DNA of 64,000 nucleotides from NCBI GenBank assembly GCA_012295275.1, contig CM022676.1, forward strand, positions 868,001-932,000, in the 5' to 3' direction. The DNA is from Chrysomallon squamiferum. Lineage: Eukaryota > Animalia > Mollusca. Under the pieces are notes generated by a model, which saw only the letters and a list, made by a program, of their open reading frames with translations, was not told the DNA's origin and did not search any database. Both the position numbers and the translations under genes were made by a program. Shown piece after piece: positions 13,401 through 24,800 of the stretch (positions are counted from its first letter, which is position 1; the number at the start of each line of letters is the position of its first letter).

Positions 13401-14937
13401 CACCTCAGTTTATTACCATTTGTAATTAATAATCATCAAATTATTTAAACCAGATTCAATATTTATGGTTATATATTACATTGTAATACATTCAAATGGC
13501 CTAAATGTTTTGTTTCTGAATGTTTCTGATAATACAAAGTTCTACATATATTATTTCATACAATGAAATGAAACAAACCCCTGTCAGAAAGTAATCAGTG
13601 TAAGAAACACTCACACACACCTATACACATACATGTATATCTTTTGTCATTTTGTTTTATTGATTTCTAGATATAATAATAAATAAATAAATAAATGTTA
13701 CAGTGAAAATTCTCTCACATTATACATTCCACAAGGCTTGTTATGTTTATCATCAGCAATTTTTGGTGAATATAAACACATTAAATGATTATTTGGAAAC
13801 ACATAAAAGGATATTCTGTATATTTTCCTTCAACCACAAAAGCTATGAATGGTGTATTGTAAACTTAGTAAAATGAGAAAGAAAACAGAGAAAACCAAGA
13901 CAAATAAATACACCTGATTTGATTGAACTGTTTTTCTCATCTAATAGAATTCATATTTTGTTTTCCTAATATAAAGAAATATGCCGAATTCATTTAACAG
14001 ATTTAATCTGAATAGAGATGGTTAACATGGGGATATGTGATGAAATAAGTACAATAAACAGAAATAAAATACAGAAAACAGATCTGTATCATTACAAAAC
14101 AAACATTTTTACATGCAACAAATAAAATAATCATCAATAATTTATTAAAACTTTCTATGATTTAGACATTCTTTCTTCACTGTTTTTTAATAAAATTATT
14201 TAAAATCCATAAAACAAATTTATGATAAATTTGAGGTGCTATCAGCATATTCACAATTATTTACATAAATATAACAAGGTCAAGTTTCAGCTTTGTTAAC
14301 AGAAGAAATAATTTATAGAATTACATTATGTATTTGTTGAGAACTATCACTACTAACAAATAATCAGATTTCTGTGCAAAAAGTATGTTAATATTAACAT
14401 GTGTATTGACAGAGTACAAATAAACACATACTGTTTACTATTTATTAACAACATTTGATTTTTTGTCAACTGATTACACAGATGATGAAGAAATGATGAG
14501 AAAGTATAACTGTATCATCTGCTGTAACAACAGTGGAAAATAAAAAATATTGAATATTCCTCATACATAGGCAGCTTTGTCTGACAGGTGACAGTATTTC
14601 CAAAACATTGTTATTAAGGCTGACATACTCACATGACTGTTGTATAATTTTGTGTTGTAATAACGATCGATAACTGCATTCGCTCCATTTTCCAGCTGAA
14701 ATTTGCTGTTAATTTTAGTGAATGTCTTTCCATAATCCCTCGAGATAAATACATTGCTATCTGACCCCCTCAGTCCATTTTTAGAAAGTGCAAGGATGAC
14801 ATCGCTTCCTTTACCAGCCCAGTGAACTATCAGAGTTGTATGATTGTCATTTAGATGAAACTATAAAAATAACATCAATGGTGATCATAACAGAATCAGT
14901 TTTAAACATACAGAACAGACATCAGTTATTTTATATT

Positions 14938-14979
<42 letters not shown>

Positions 14980-16982
14980 TGTATGACTGAGTAGCCTATA
15001 TTTATATAATCAACATTAGTTATAAATTTCTATCTTTTATGTTCAAAATAAATTGTTCAAAAATTGGTGGTCGAAATAACATTCTAATAAACTTTATAAA
15101 GGTTGTAAACAACAAAATGAAAACATTTCTAATAACCATAAAAATTAACTACTGTAATTATTTTTTCAGAAACTAATGATACAGAATGTCTAAAATGCAA
15201 AAGAGAAATGTACACCAGAAACCTAAGCCAAATGTTCAGTGGGGTGAAAAGAACAGAGATCAGTTTCCAGGATTACTTTTGTTCATATAACAATTCTGGG
15301 TTTTGTATTTTACTAACCAAGGTTACAGGTCAAATCCTCTTATAAAGGAAAACTTAGGCAAAACAGTGGAACTATGTTCATTTAACCAAGCTGCTGTCTA
15401 AATTTACATTAAAAATACATTACTTAAAACTACATTTGTATATTTAATTAATTAAATCTTGATATAATCAACTGTTTATTCTTTATTTTTATTAATAATA
15501 TAGTAATTAGTATGCTCTCTTTAAAACTGTAATTCAGAAATACCAACCTTAAAAATGATATTAAAACCAAACAACATTAAATCAGTAAAATTTATACAGA
15601 AAACATAATTACAAAGTAAGCACTAAAGTAAAATTATGATAAACTTGGACAAAAAGATATTTTTAAATCTGAAAAAAGAAAACATTAAATTTATTATTCT
15701 TTGAATAAACTGAATATTATTGTTTAAATTATAATCAACCATTTCCTTAAAAAAAAATTCTGTAGGTAACAAATAAATAAAGCAACAAAATATATTAAGC
15801 ATTTACAAACCTGTACCCAAACAAAAACTGTGTACCCAAACAAAAACATTTCTTTTTGCGAAGTGTATCTGTAATCATGAATGTCTTTATTTTACACTAG
15901 AACTTACATTATGTATCAAAAATATATTTCAAACAAAACTTTAAATTGTTCACTGAAAAAATAAATTAATGAAAAATGTAAAATCAAATCATTTCTCTGA
16001 GTAGAAGAAACATATTTAAATCATTTACTCGTGGTATCAGTTTTCACTCAGATAAGCAACAATTTTGAGTTGTGCAGAAATAATGATGTCATTGTTGTCA
16101 TATATATATATATATGTTTAAAATATAAACATTAAATGCAATATATATTGCGAGTTTTTGTTTGTTTCTAGTTAGTATGTGTATGCTGTAACATTCTTAC
16201 CTTTTTAATATTGTATGGGTTTTGACCCAGAATGTTGTCAGTCAAAATCCAAAAACAATAACTCCTAACTGGTTAAATATTTTCACAGTCAGCAAACAAC
16301 AGTTTTCTGTGCAGATTATGAGTGAAATTCATTGTGAAACTTTGGAGATACAGGGTTGTTTATATATGGCTAAAAAGTGCCGTATGAAAAACAGTACTTA
16401 TAGTTATACTATAGTTAATTGTTTACTCTTACCGCAAACATGTGTATAGGACGCATTGCTTTATTTGGTAGGTAAAAAATTAAAAAATCCGTAAACAGAA
16501 TTTTGTCCATGATTATGCGCACTTGTTATTTAACGAAGGTGCGTCAAAACCCATACTATATAATTATAAATTAAATTAATAACAAAATAAGCCAAATTTT
16601 TTATGAAATTTAGTGTTTATAATAAGAAATAATAGTTAATTATAATAATCTGCAAAATAATTATCATTATTCTAAAAACAAATTAGCTTCTTATAACAAG
16701 GTGGGTAAACACGGAAGTAAATATGTTTACCTCAGAAAAGCCAGGTGCTTTTGGTTTCTGAGGGGCGTCGACTGATCTTGCATAACGTTTAAGCAAGATA
16801 TCAACCTCGTCTTCTTCGACAATGTCAGCTTGCAAAATCGTTAAAGAACTCTCAGATTCAGGTGGAAAGAATAAACTATCTGCTCTCTGACCAAATCTGG
16901 TAACCTTTCCTTGTGTCGACGATAAAAACATAAACACAAATACACAGCAAAAATATTTCCATTTTTCGTCCGCCATTATCAT
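141..16982 (-). CDS. SORL1: Sortilin-related receptor SorLA (5' part, 21 exons; gene continues beyond the left edge)
   Basis: Phase-consistent GT-AG exons on minus: 16982-16731, 14860-14633, 13391-13227, 12727-12660, 12215-12044, 11585-11487, 11093-10924, 10726-10528, 7433-7248, 6955-6867, 6721-6552, 6332-6146, 5471-5346, 5055-4973, 4681-4512, 4123-3894, 3618-3351, 2620-2482, 1673-1461, 677-561, 257-141. Features in order: signal peptide; furin-like KRYAR/S; VPS10 Asp-boxes ([45 protein letters not shown]); 10CC region ([23 protein letters not shown]); YWTD propeller (MYWTDW, LYWTDA, IYWTDS); EGF; two LDLa repeats ([30 protein letters not shown]). This domain order is diagnostic of SORL1. Confidence 0.95.
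780..1472. repeat. 27/23-bp minisatellite (~25 copies) derived from the SORL1 exon-19 donor junction
   Basis: Unit ttactgttytgtacaagaytgagayac reads ..cttgtacaraaca|gtaagtrtctc on minus. The 23-bp variant lacks gtaa. Copies degenerate toward 780. Confidence 0.92.
1765..1880. repeat. About four degenerate copies of the same 27-bp unit in the upstream intron
   Basis: ctgttttgtacgatagaaacacttactgttttgtataac... matches the 780-1472 unit. Confidence 0.75.
1960..2490. repeat. 26/22-bp minisatellite (~20 copies) derived from the SORL1 exon-18 donor junction
   Basis: Unit ctgctgtgatattttaactaagtaca. The two exon-proximal copies read cacagcaag|gtaatt on minus. Confidence 0.92.
5466..5912. repeat. 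31-bp minisatellite (~14 copies) starting at the SORL1 exon-13 acceptor
   Basis: Unit aaatcaytagaaacataaataaactrgaagt. Exon-proximal copies (aaatcactataatcataaatt) overlap the acceptor tag|tgattt. Confidence 0.88.
9538..10330. repeat. Intronic ~270-bp duplication plus degenerate 19-bp tandem repeat (gatgagtaacactgacagt)
   Basis: 9540-9760 resembles 9810-10040 (taactacaagacata..caaaatatcccaaaagaataaaatta..agatgtttcactactataac), followed by repeated taacactracagtgatg units. Confidence 0.8.
14940..14978. repeat. (TG)n microsatellite
   Basis: Seen directly in the sequence. Confidence 0.95.
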
Positions 16983-17769
16983 TGATTATTGATAGTTTCC
17001 TCCAAACAATACTGTGCACTTTAAACTGAGAATTTTCTATTTCTCTAAGTAGATATACACTATATATATTTATTGACTGCTGCAGTTACATTCTCGAAAG
17101 TAATATATAAACAAATATTCAGACAGAGTCATTCATATCAACATGTACATATATATATATATATATATATACATACAAATGCACATACAAATTACTATTA
17201 TTTTTTTTTAATTGCTCTATTGTATTTTTAAACTTTTATTTTATTGTTATTCATATTTTATTCTTTTAACTGTTGCAGTTATACGGACGAAAATAAATAG
17301 AAAAAATATATAACGTCACATAAAACGTGCACGCACACACATACACACACGTACACATACTGTGACAGATACACACACACAAATAAGTTTGATGTAAACC
17401 GTAAATATATATTTTTTTTAAATTTCACCTCTGACAGAACTAATAATCATTCTAAATTACTAGAGAGATAAATGGCAATGACAAAGGACTAATTTGTGAA
17501 TTAACAGTAATACATGTTCATCCGTTTTATGTTGTATACTTTTTCAACCATCACCACGCCCCAGGCCTTTTTGGTATAAGGGAAATGGAAATATGTTTGT
17601 TATTATTTGTGAGATATATGTTGTTTAATTTATTTATTTTAAATTATTTTTGTCGACAGACGGTGTAACGTGTCATTTGTATGAGCTGTTAGTGGGAAAT
17701 AATCTTTGTGTATAACTTATGCAATATCTACGTCAGTTTCAGTTAATAATTATTTATTTAAAATATTTT

Positions 17770-17814
17770 TCTTTCTTTCTATCTTTCTTTCTTTCTTCTT
17801 CTTCTTCTTCTTCC

Positions 17815-17878
<64 letters not shown>
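17770..17878. repeat. Compound (TTTC)/(TTC)/(TTA)/(TTTA) microsatellite
   Basis: Seen directly in the sequence; explains ORF 17706..18023. Confidence 0.9.
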
Positions 17879-17879
<1 letters not shown>

Positions 17880-18089
17880 TTGTATAAGACAGTGACTCGA
17901 GTGAGAGAGATTGATAATGATAGATACTTTTCAAAACTATGTTGTTGTTTTTTATCCACCAAAGTACATGAAATTTTGTATCTAATAATTTTGTATCTAA
18001 TAGTATTATATTGTTTAATATAATATTAATTCCCATTTCTGCAATACAAACGTAAGAATAATTATCAACAAATCTCTTGAACGAGGGAG

Positions 18090-18182
18090 GACTATTCAAA
18101 AGCCATAACAAAATGGCGGTCAACCTAGCCTGGGTTGTTTATGTTGTCTCCGAACTTGTCTAATGTATTACTAAACGAACAG
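18090..18182 (+). promoter_or_regulatory. Probable non-coding first exon of the zinc-finger gene with a YY1-type motif
   Basis: CAAAATGGCGG at 18109-18119 (YY1 consensus), strong donor cag|gtaagg at 18182/18183, and a matching long polypyrimidine acceptor ending at 19122. The 5' boundary is approximate. Confidence 0.55.
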
Positions 18183-19231
18183 GTAAGGATTGAAATATAC
18201 GAGTTTTAAGCATGTAAATTATAATGAGGTTAAATAAAATAATAAAGGCACGACTATAATATTACATTTTCATATGTTAATGATGATAAAACAAAACTCA
18301 TTTCGGCTGTTCTAGTCATTAGCCTGGGAGTGTCTTCTTACACCAAGCCGTCATACTATTAAGACAAAATGTTTTGATCTTCATGTTATTTCATAGTCAT
18401 TGGTCTCGCAGATATATTCTAATATTATCTGATGAAACAATGTTTTAGCTAAGAACTGACATCTTATCAAAAAGTTTTAAAACTGACAGGCGTTATATGG
18501 GTTAATTTACATTCCCACTGACTGTTGTATTCACAGTATTGTAAGAAAGTTTTTGATTGGTTAATTCATTCTTAATTTCTAGCTAAATGAAACACTTAAT
18601 GTCCCTAATAAAATCCTTAATAATTAGTAACGCCAAAGATATGGTAAAGGATGAACTTGCTCTCTGAATTACTTAATTATTTTTTATGTTTTTTATTTTA
18701 TTTTATTTTATTTTATTTTATTTTATTTTTTTAATGCGATAAAGCAATATCTAAAACTTGTAAAAGTTAAAAGTTCATATAAAAAAAAATACCTAATATA
18801 ATAAATATGAAATAAAACCTTGTTTTAATTATTTAACAAATAATAACGGGAACTTGTATTAATTTTAAATAAATGCAAGTCACTAAAATAATAATTTAAG
18901 AATGACTGTTTGAATGAAAGAGCTATTTGTATGAATCTGCATAGACACACATATATATATATAAATAACTGACTACTTTATCTATAGTAATTAATATAAA
19001 AAAAAAAAAAAAAAAATGAAGATTTCAATAATTTAATATGTTTTTATATAACTACTTTATTACTATTAATTTATTTTAAATTCCTTTCTTCTTTTTTTTT
19101 TTTTTTTTTTTTGAATTTTCAGTTATCATCATCTTCTAGTCAAAAGCATATGGGAATAATATATAATACTTTCTGTAAAATGAAACTGAAGACAGTGAAT
19201 ATATTTACACTCACATCAACTTGATGTATAT

Positions 19232-21807
19232 ATGACAATGGAGAACAGACAAGAATACACCAGCAACCAAAGTGTTAATATTTCCTATGAGACTGCTATG
19301 ACAACATATTATCAGGTTAGTGCTGATCAGCAGCATGGTCCTGTAACTCTTCATGTGGGTGATACTTCACTTCCCATAGTCAGTGATCTGCATGGAGAAC
19401 GACCTGATGTGTTGGCACTGGCAACAGCCACCCTGCTGCAGGGATCTTACTCTGACACACCAGCTTACATGCCAGTTCAGAATCTTGTTCTAAGTCAGGG
19501 TTCACAGTTCTCACAGTTAGGACAACTGATGGAAACCTCATTAACACAACAATCTAGTCAACAGGACAACATTGTTCAAGGCCAGGAGGGAATTATTCGC
19601 ACTCTGACAGCACATGAAGAACTAACAGAGGATCATACAACAGGAAATTCAGGACAGTCGTCTCATGACAACAGAATTTCCTGTCAGTCCCAGGTCTTAG
19701 ACAGTTCGGTACTTCACGTGCAGACAAGTGATGACCTGCATATTCCAACATCTAGCTCCTTCATACAGCTATCCACAATACAACAGGTTGAGCCTGGAAT
19801 AGTATTTGGAAGCCAACAGACCAACACCTCATTAACAGACAGCAGTGTAATGTTGGTAAAACCAACTTATCCATTAGATTCCATGGTTGTTTACTTGGAC
19901 TCATCCACAACATGTCATGAAACAGATACTCATTACAACCAGACACCAACATTTGTTGAAAAGAAAAAACGAGCTGCACGGTCAAAACCACCTGCCAAGA
20001 AGAAAGAATCACAGGCTAATGCTATTGACCTTAAGCCAAAACAAATCCCTACTCTGCCACCTGATGGCATTATTTCTCCTGAGGATCTGAAAGGTATGGA
20101 GATGACATCAAACACAATCATTGCTCTAATGAAAAAGAAATTTAACAAAAAAGGTTTGAAAATCAATGAATGCCCTTACTGCAAGAAAGGTCTTTCATCA
20201 CGTGAGGCACTCAGAACACATCTCAGAACCCACACAGGTAATCTTACCTTTTTCTCTTATACATACTAAGCCAGACCATTTGTCCAGCAAGCTTGGAACT
20301 GTAGATGATCAGGATTTTAAATTTCTGATTTTCAGGACTAAGACTTATAAGACTAAGATATATACTAACATAAATTATAAAATAGAATGAAAAATATAAG
20401 CTGGAAACTGGATAAATGGTCTGATACCTGTATTTTACAACAGGTTGTGTATGTGTGATATAATTTTTATTGCTAAATTTTATTTAATTATCCTAAGTTT
20501 CACACTTGTTTTTCATTTCTGTTGAATTAAATATGTATATACATTATGACAAAAATTATTACAGAATATAGTTTATTTCTGACTAGCATAACTATGTGCA
20601 AATAATACCAAAAATACACTTGCATCACTAGTAATTAAAATACTGAGTTTGAAATACATCAGAAACAATATAGGTAATTAAGAATAAAATAATACAAATT
20701 ATTGTCATTATTGTTTTTATTTCAAAGATTGTGGTAGATTATATAAAGTTAGCTTATTCATTTTAAACAAACATTTCTCTGATGAATATAATTGATTAAA
20801 AACAAAAAAAAGCAAATTACAATTTACTAATAAGAATTGTGTTGCCAAATTTCCTAGGAGAGAGACCATATCAGTGTGAAGACTGTGGAAAAAGTTTCAG
20901 TGACTGCAGTGTTTTTCGACGTCATCAACGCATCCACACTGGAGAAAAACCTTATGTCTGCGATGTCTGTGGCAGAGCTTTCAACCAGTCAACTTCACTA
21001 GAGGCTCACAAAAGGACCCACACAGGAACAAAGAAATATACCTGTGAAGTATGTGGTTTAGGATTTGATAAACTTCAAATGTTATTAGATCATTGCAGAT
21101 CAGAAAAACATGGAAACATAAGGATGTACAAATGTACAAAGTGCTGTGTGGAAGTCCAAGATGAGGCGGCCTTAAAGAGACACATGTGTTCCCATACTGG
21201 AGAACGAGCATATGCTTGTCATATCTGTGGTGCCAAATGGGAAAAGCACTATGGATTGATGGAACATTTACGCATGCATGCTGGAATTAAGCCTTACAGC
21301 TGTCCTGAATGTGAGGAGAAGTTTGTGAGAAAAGGAGATCTTCGCATTCACATGAGTCGACATGTAACAGCAAAGTTCACACCACATAAATGCCCTATTT
21401 GTGGGGAAGGATTCAAGCAGAAAGCCCAGTTGATGGTACATAAACGTATTCACACAGGAATCAAGCCATATGATTGTAAAGGTTGTGGCAAATGTTTCTA
21501 CTCGTGGAAGGATCTTCGAGAACACAGAAGAAAACATTCTGGTAAGCGCATTTATAAATGTGATTGTTGTAACAGGACTTTTGCAGCTTTGAATACTCTG
21601 AAGGTGCATATAAAGATGCATATGAAGAATGGACCTTTAAGCTGCAGTATTTGTTTACAGATCTTTAGCAACACAAATGACTTCATTAGCCATACTAGAT
21701 TTGATCACAGTGTTAAAACAGAAAACTCAAACAATTCCGAATCATCTGATACAGATAACTGTGAACTGCCAATAAAAAAAAAACAACAATGGTTAAAGAG
21801 AAAATGA
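19232..21807 (+). CDS. C2H2 zinc-finger protein, N-terminal part (11 fingers; exons 19232-20237 and 20858-21807; 651 aa as assembled)
   Basis: A phase-1 intron (20238-20857) splits a TG|ERPY linker. Repeated CxxC...HxxxH fingers with TGEKPY-type linkers; Q/S-rich N-terminus. Confidence 0.9.
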
Positions 21808-24800
21808 AAACAAAAAATTCTTATCAGCTGGAAAAGAAATGCAGTTCAGCCAGTGAAGAGTCATCTGATGATTCAAGAAGTGAGCCAGATGATGAATTTT
21901 CATCATCAGAACAGTCAGGTAGTGATTTGGACAAAGACTGTTTATCACCTGTCTTTCAGGATGAAACCAATGATAGTAGTCATCAGTGTTCTGAGCAACC
22001 CACTGAGAACAAAGTGAAAACAAGGGATATTTCCAAAGAAGCAAATAATGAAGACAATAACAAACATCTTAACAAAGATTCAGTTATTCAAAGTGTATGT
22101 TTATTGTCAAACACTGATGCTGGGTCAGCTACACAGAATGACATTCATGTTAATTATGCTCGGAACTTAACAGGTATAGAAACTCTAGTTAGAGCAAGTG
22201 TGTTGTCTGATGCAACCTCCACTGCTACCACTTTACAAACAGAAGTTTCCTTGTCAAAACCAAACTGTACTGATTCATCAATCAGCTTATCACTTCTGGA
22301 AACTGAATGCACTCAGACAGAGTCTGCTGTTGATAAACATCATGTTTATTCTGACAGATCAGCACAGCTAACTCTGCTTGGTGCATATGCCACCTCTGAA
22401 CAGTGTGCATCAGTATCCTGCAGTTCAAATGCTGACATCAAACATGAATATAAGAAGATGGATGCCAATCAAAATTCTGATTATGTTCAGGGTTCTAAAG
22501 GATTTCAGCTTAACAGCAATGACATTACTATTAACCCAGAGCTTGACAGTGTTCAGCATTCATCAGACACTAATAACTGTAGCACATTGGAGAAACAAGT
22601 AAGAATTGAAGCTCACGTACAACACATTTTTGCAAATAATCAGCAGACAGTAGAATTAAGTATAAAACAACCAATTAATGGTCAGCAGTTTGCATCAACA
22701 AATCATGAAAACAAGAAATCTTTATCTGCAGACAACAAAGAAGTTCCTGCTGAGGCAAATTCTGACGCTCCACATTTAAGTGAAAAAAATATTCATGATT
22801 GTCATTCAGAAAATTTAAATAGTGGCAATGTTTTGACAGTTCCAGAATATAGTGAAACATTAGAAAATGATAGCCAACAACAATTCTGTAATGAAATTAA
22901 GACCATGTATTATGAAGCATCAAATACTGAAGAAAATAACTCAGGAGAAACTCATATATTAAGCCTTGGAAGAGTATCATCTACCCCAGAACAGAGCAGA
23001 TTAAAAGCAAACAGCGAGTCACAAGCTGTTACTGTTTCTGAACAATTAGTCAACTGCCAGGATGTTGGATTTTTACCGTTTGGAAAGTATTTGACAGCGC
23101 CTTCTTCAAACAGTTCTCATGGATTAGAAACTATATATTCATCTGTATCACCTATTAAAGATTATGCCAATAATTTATCATTGTATGGATTACAATTTAC
23201 TCAAGGATTTGCTCAATCATCATCAGCTGCATTCATAACAGATAGTGCTACACACGAATCAAAGTTTTCTTTAGATGGAGGTTATAATAATATAGGATAC
23301 AATCAGCTTAATAATGCTTCAGAATTTACAAATCAACATCCAGGACAGTCAGATAATTCAAGAACAGTTCCTACCAGCATTGACTACTCTATAAATCTTC
23401 AGACTTTAATTAACACATCACTTGCTCAAGAAGAAGCCAAAGTGGTCAAAGATGCATCACAAGAAAGACATTTAGAGAAAAGATATTCTAAAAAATTCTG
23501 TAAAAATTTAGAATGTCAGTATTGTGGAAAAGGCTTATCTTCTATTCCAGCTCTGAAAAACCATGAAATGATTCATACTGGAGAAAGACCATACAAATGT
23601 GAATGTGGAAAAAGTTTCATTGACTCAAGCACATTCAAAAGACATCAGCGCATTCATACTGGAATCAAGCCGTACATGTGTGATGTGTGTGGGAAACAGT
23701 TTAATCAGTCCAATTCATACCGGACCCACATGACTTGTCACACAGGTGAGAAACATTACAAATGCAATGTCTGTGGACACAGCTACGACAAGCTCAAGAA
23801 ACTTATGGAACACAATCAACGTGAAAATCATGGTGACTTGAAACAACAGACATGCAGTGTATGCAGTGCAGTGTTCCGCGATGTTTCATCTCTTAACCGA
23901 CACATGTGCAGTCATACAGGTGAGAAAGCATTTAAGTGTGAATACTGTAACAAAACATATGAGAAACAATATCAGTTTACTGAGCACCTGCACTCTCATG
24001 CAGGATTCAAACCTTTTAAGTGTAATATTTGTGGAGATTCATTTCTTCGGAAAGGACAGCTGAAATTTCATGAATATAAGCATCAGTATGGAAGGCAGTT
24101 TGAATGTGATATGTGTCATCAAGCTTTTTATCGGTCAACAGATCTCACTGTTCACAAACGCATCCACACTGGCGAGAAGCCGTTTAAATGTGATCTGTGT
24201 GATAAACCCTTTCGTCAGAAATGGGAATGTAAAAATCACATGTTATGGGATCACTCAAATAAAAAACCATTTACTTGTGAGAAATGTTGCAAGTCATTCA
24301 GAAAAGCTTATAGTTTAAAAGTACACATGCAAAATAAACATGAGAATGATAAAAAGCACAGGTGTTTTGTTTGTAAAAAACGATTCCGCAAACTGGAAAA
24401 TTTGAAGAAACATAGCAAGAAACATCGAAGCTTAAACTGCCGGCTGTGTGGGAAAATGTTTCTCACAGAAAAGAAAACTCAACAGCATTTGCAGAAATTC
24501 CATAAGGATGACAAAAAAGTAATGAAGATAACAAAACGAAAAGAAAAACAAAAGCTTGAATGCATGGACTGTGGAAAGAAATTTTGTTTCAAGTATGATT
24601 TAGAGGAACATCAAAGACTACACACAGGTGAAAGTATTTATAAGTGCACAATATGCAGTAAGATATTTTCCAGAGAATATCATTTAAATATTCACACAAT
24701 GAAACATACTGGTGAGAAACGATTCAAATGTGATGAGTGTGGGGAGCCATTTGCTTCTGGGAAGAATTTAAAAATGCATCGTATTGAGCAGCATGGTGCT

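Noticed and set aside
17088-17101. Heat-shock element (ttctcgaa) near the SORL1 5' end
   Set aside because: Only two nGAAn units; a functional HSE normally needs three.
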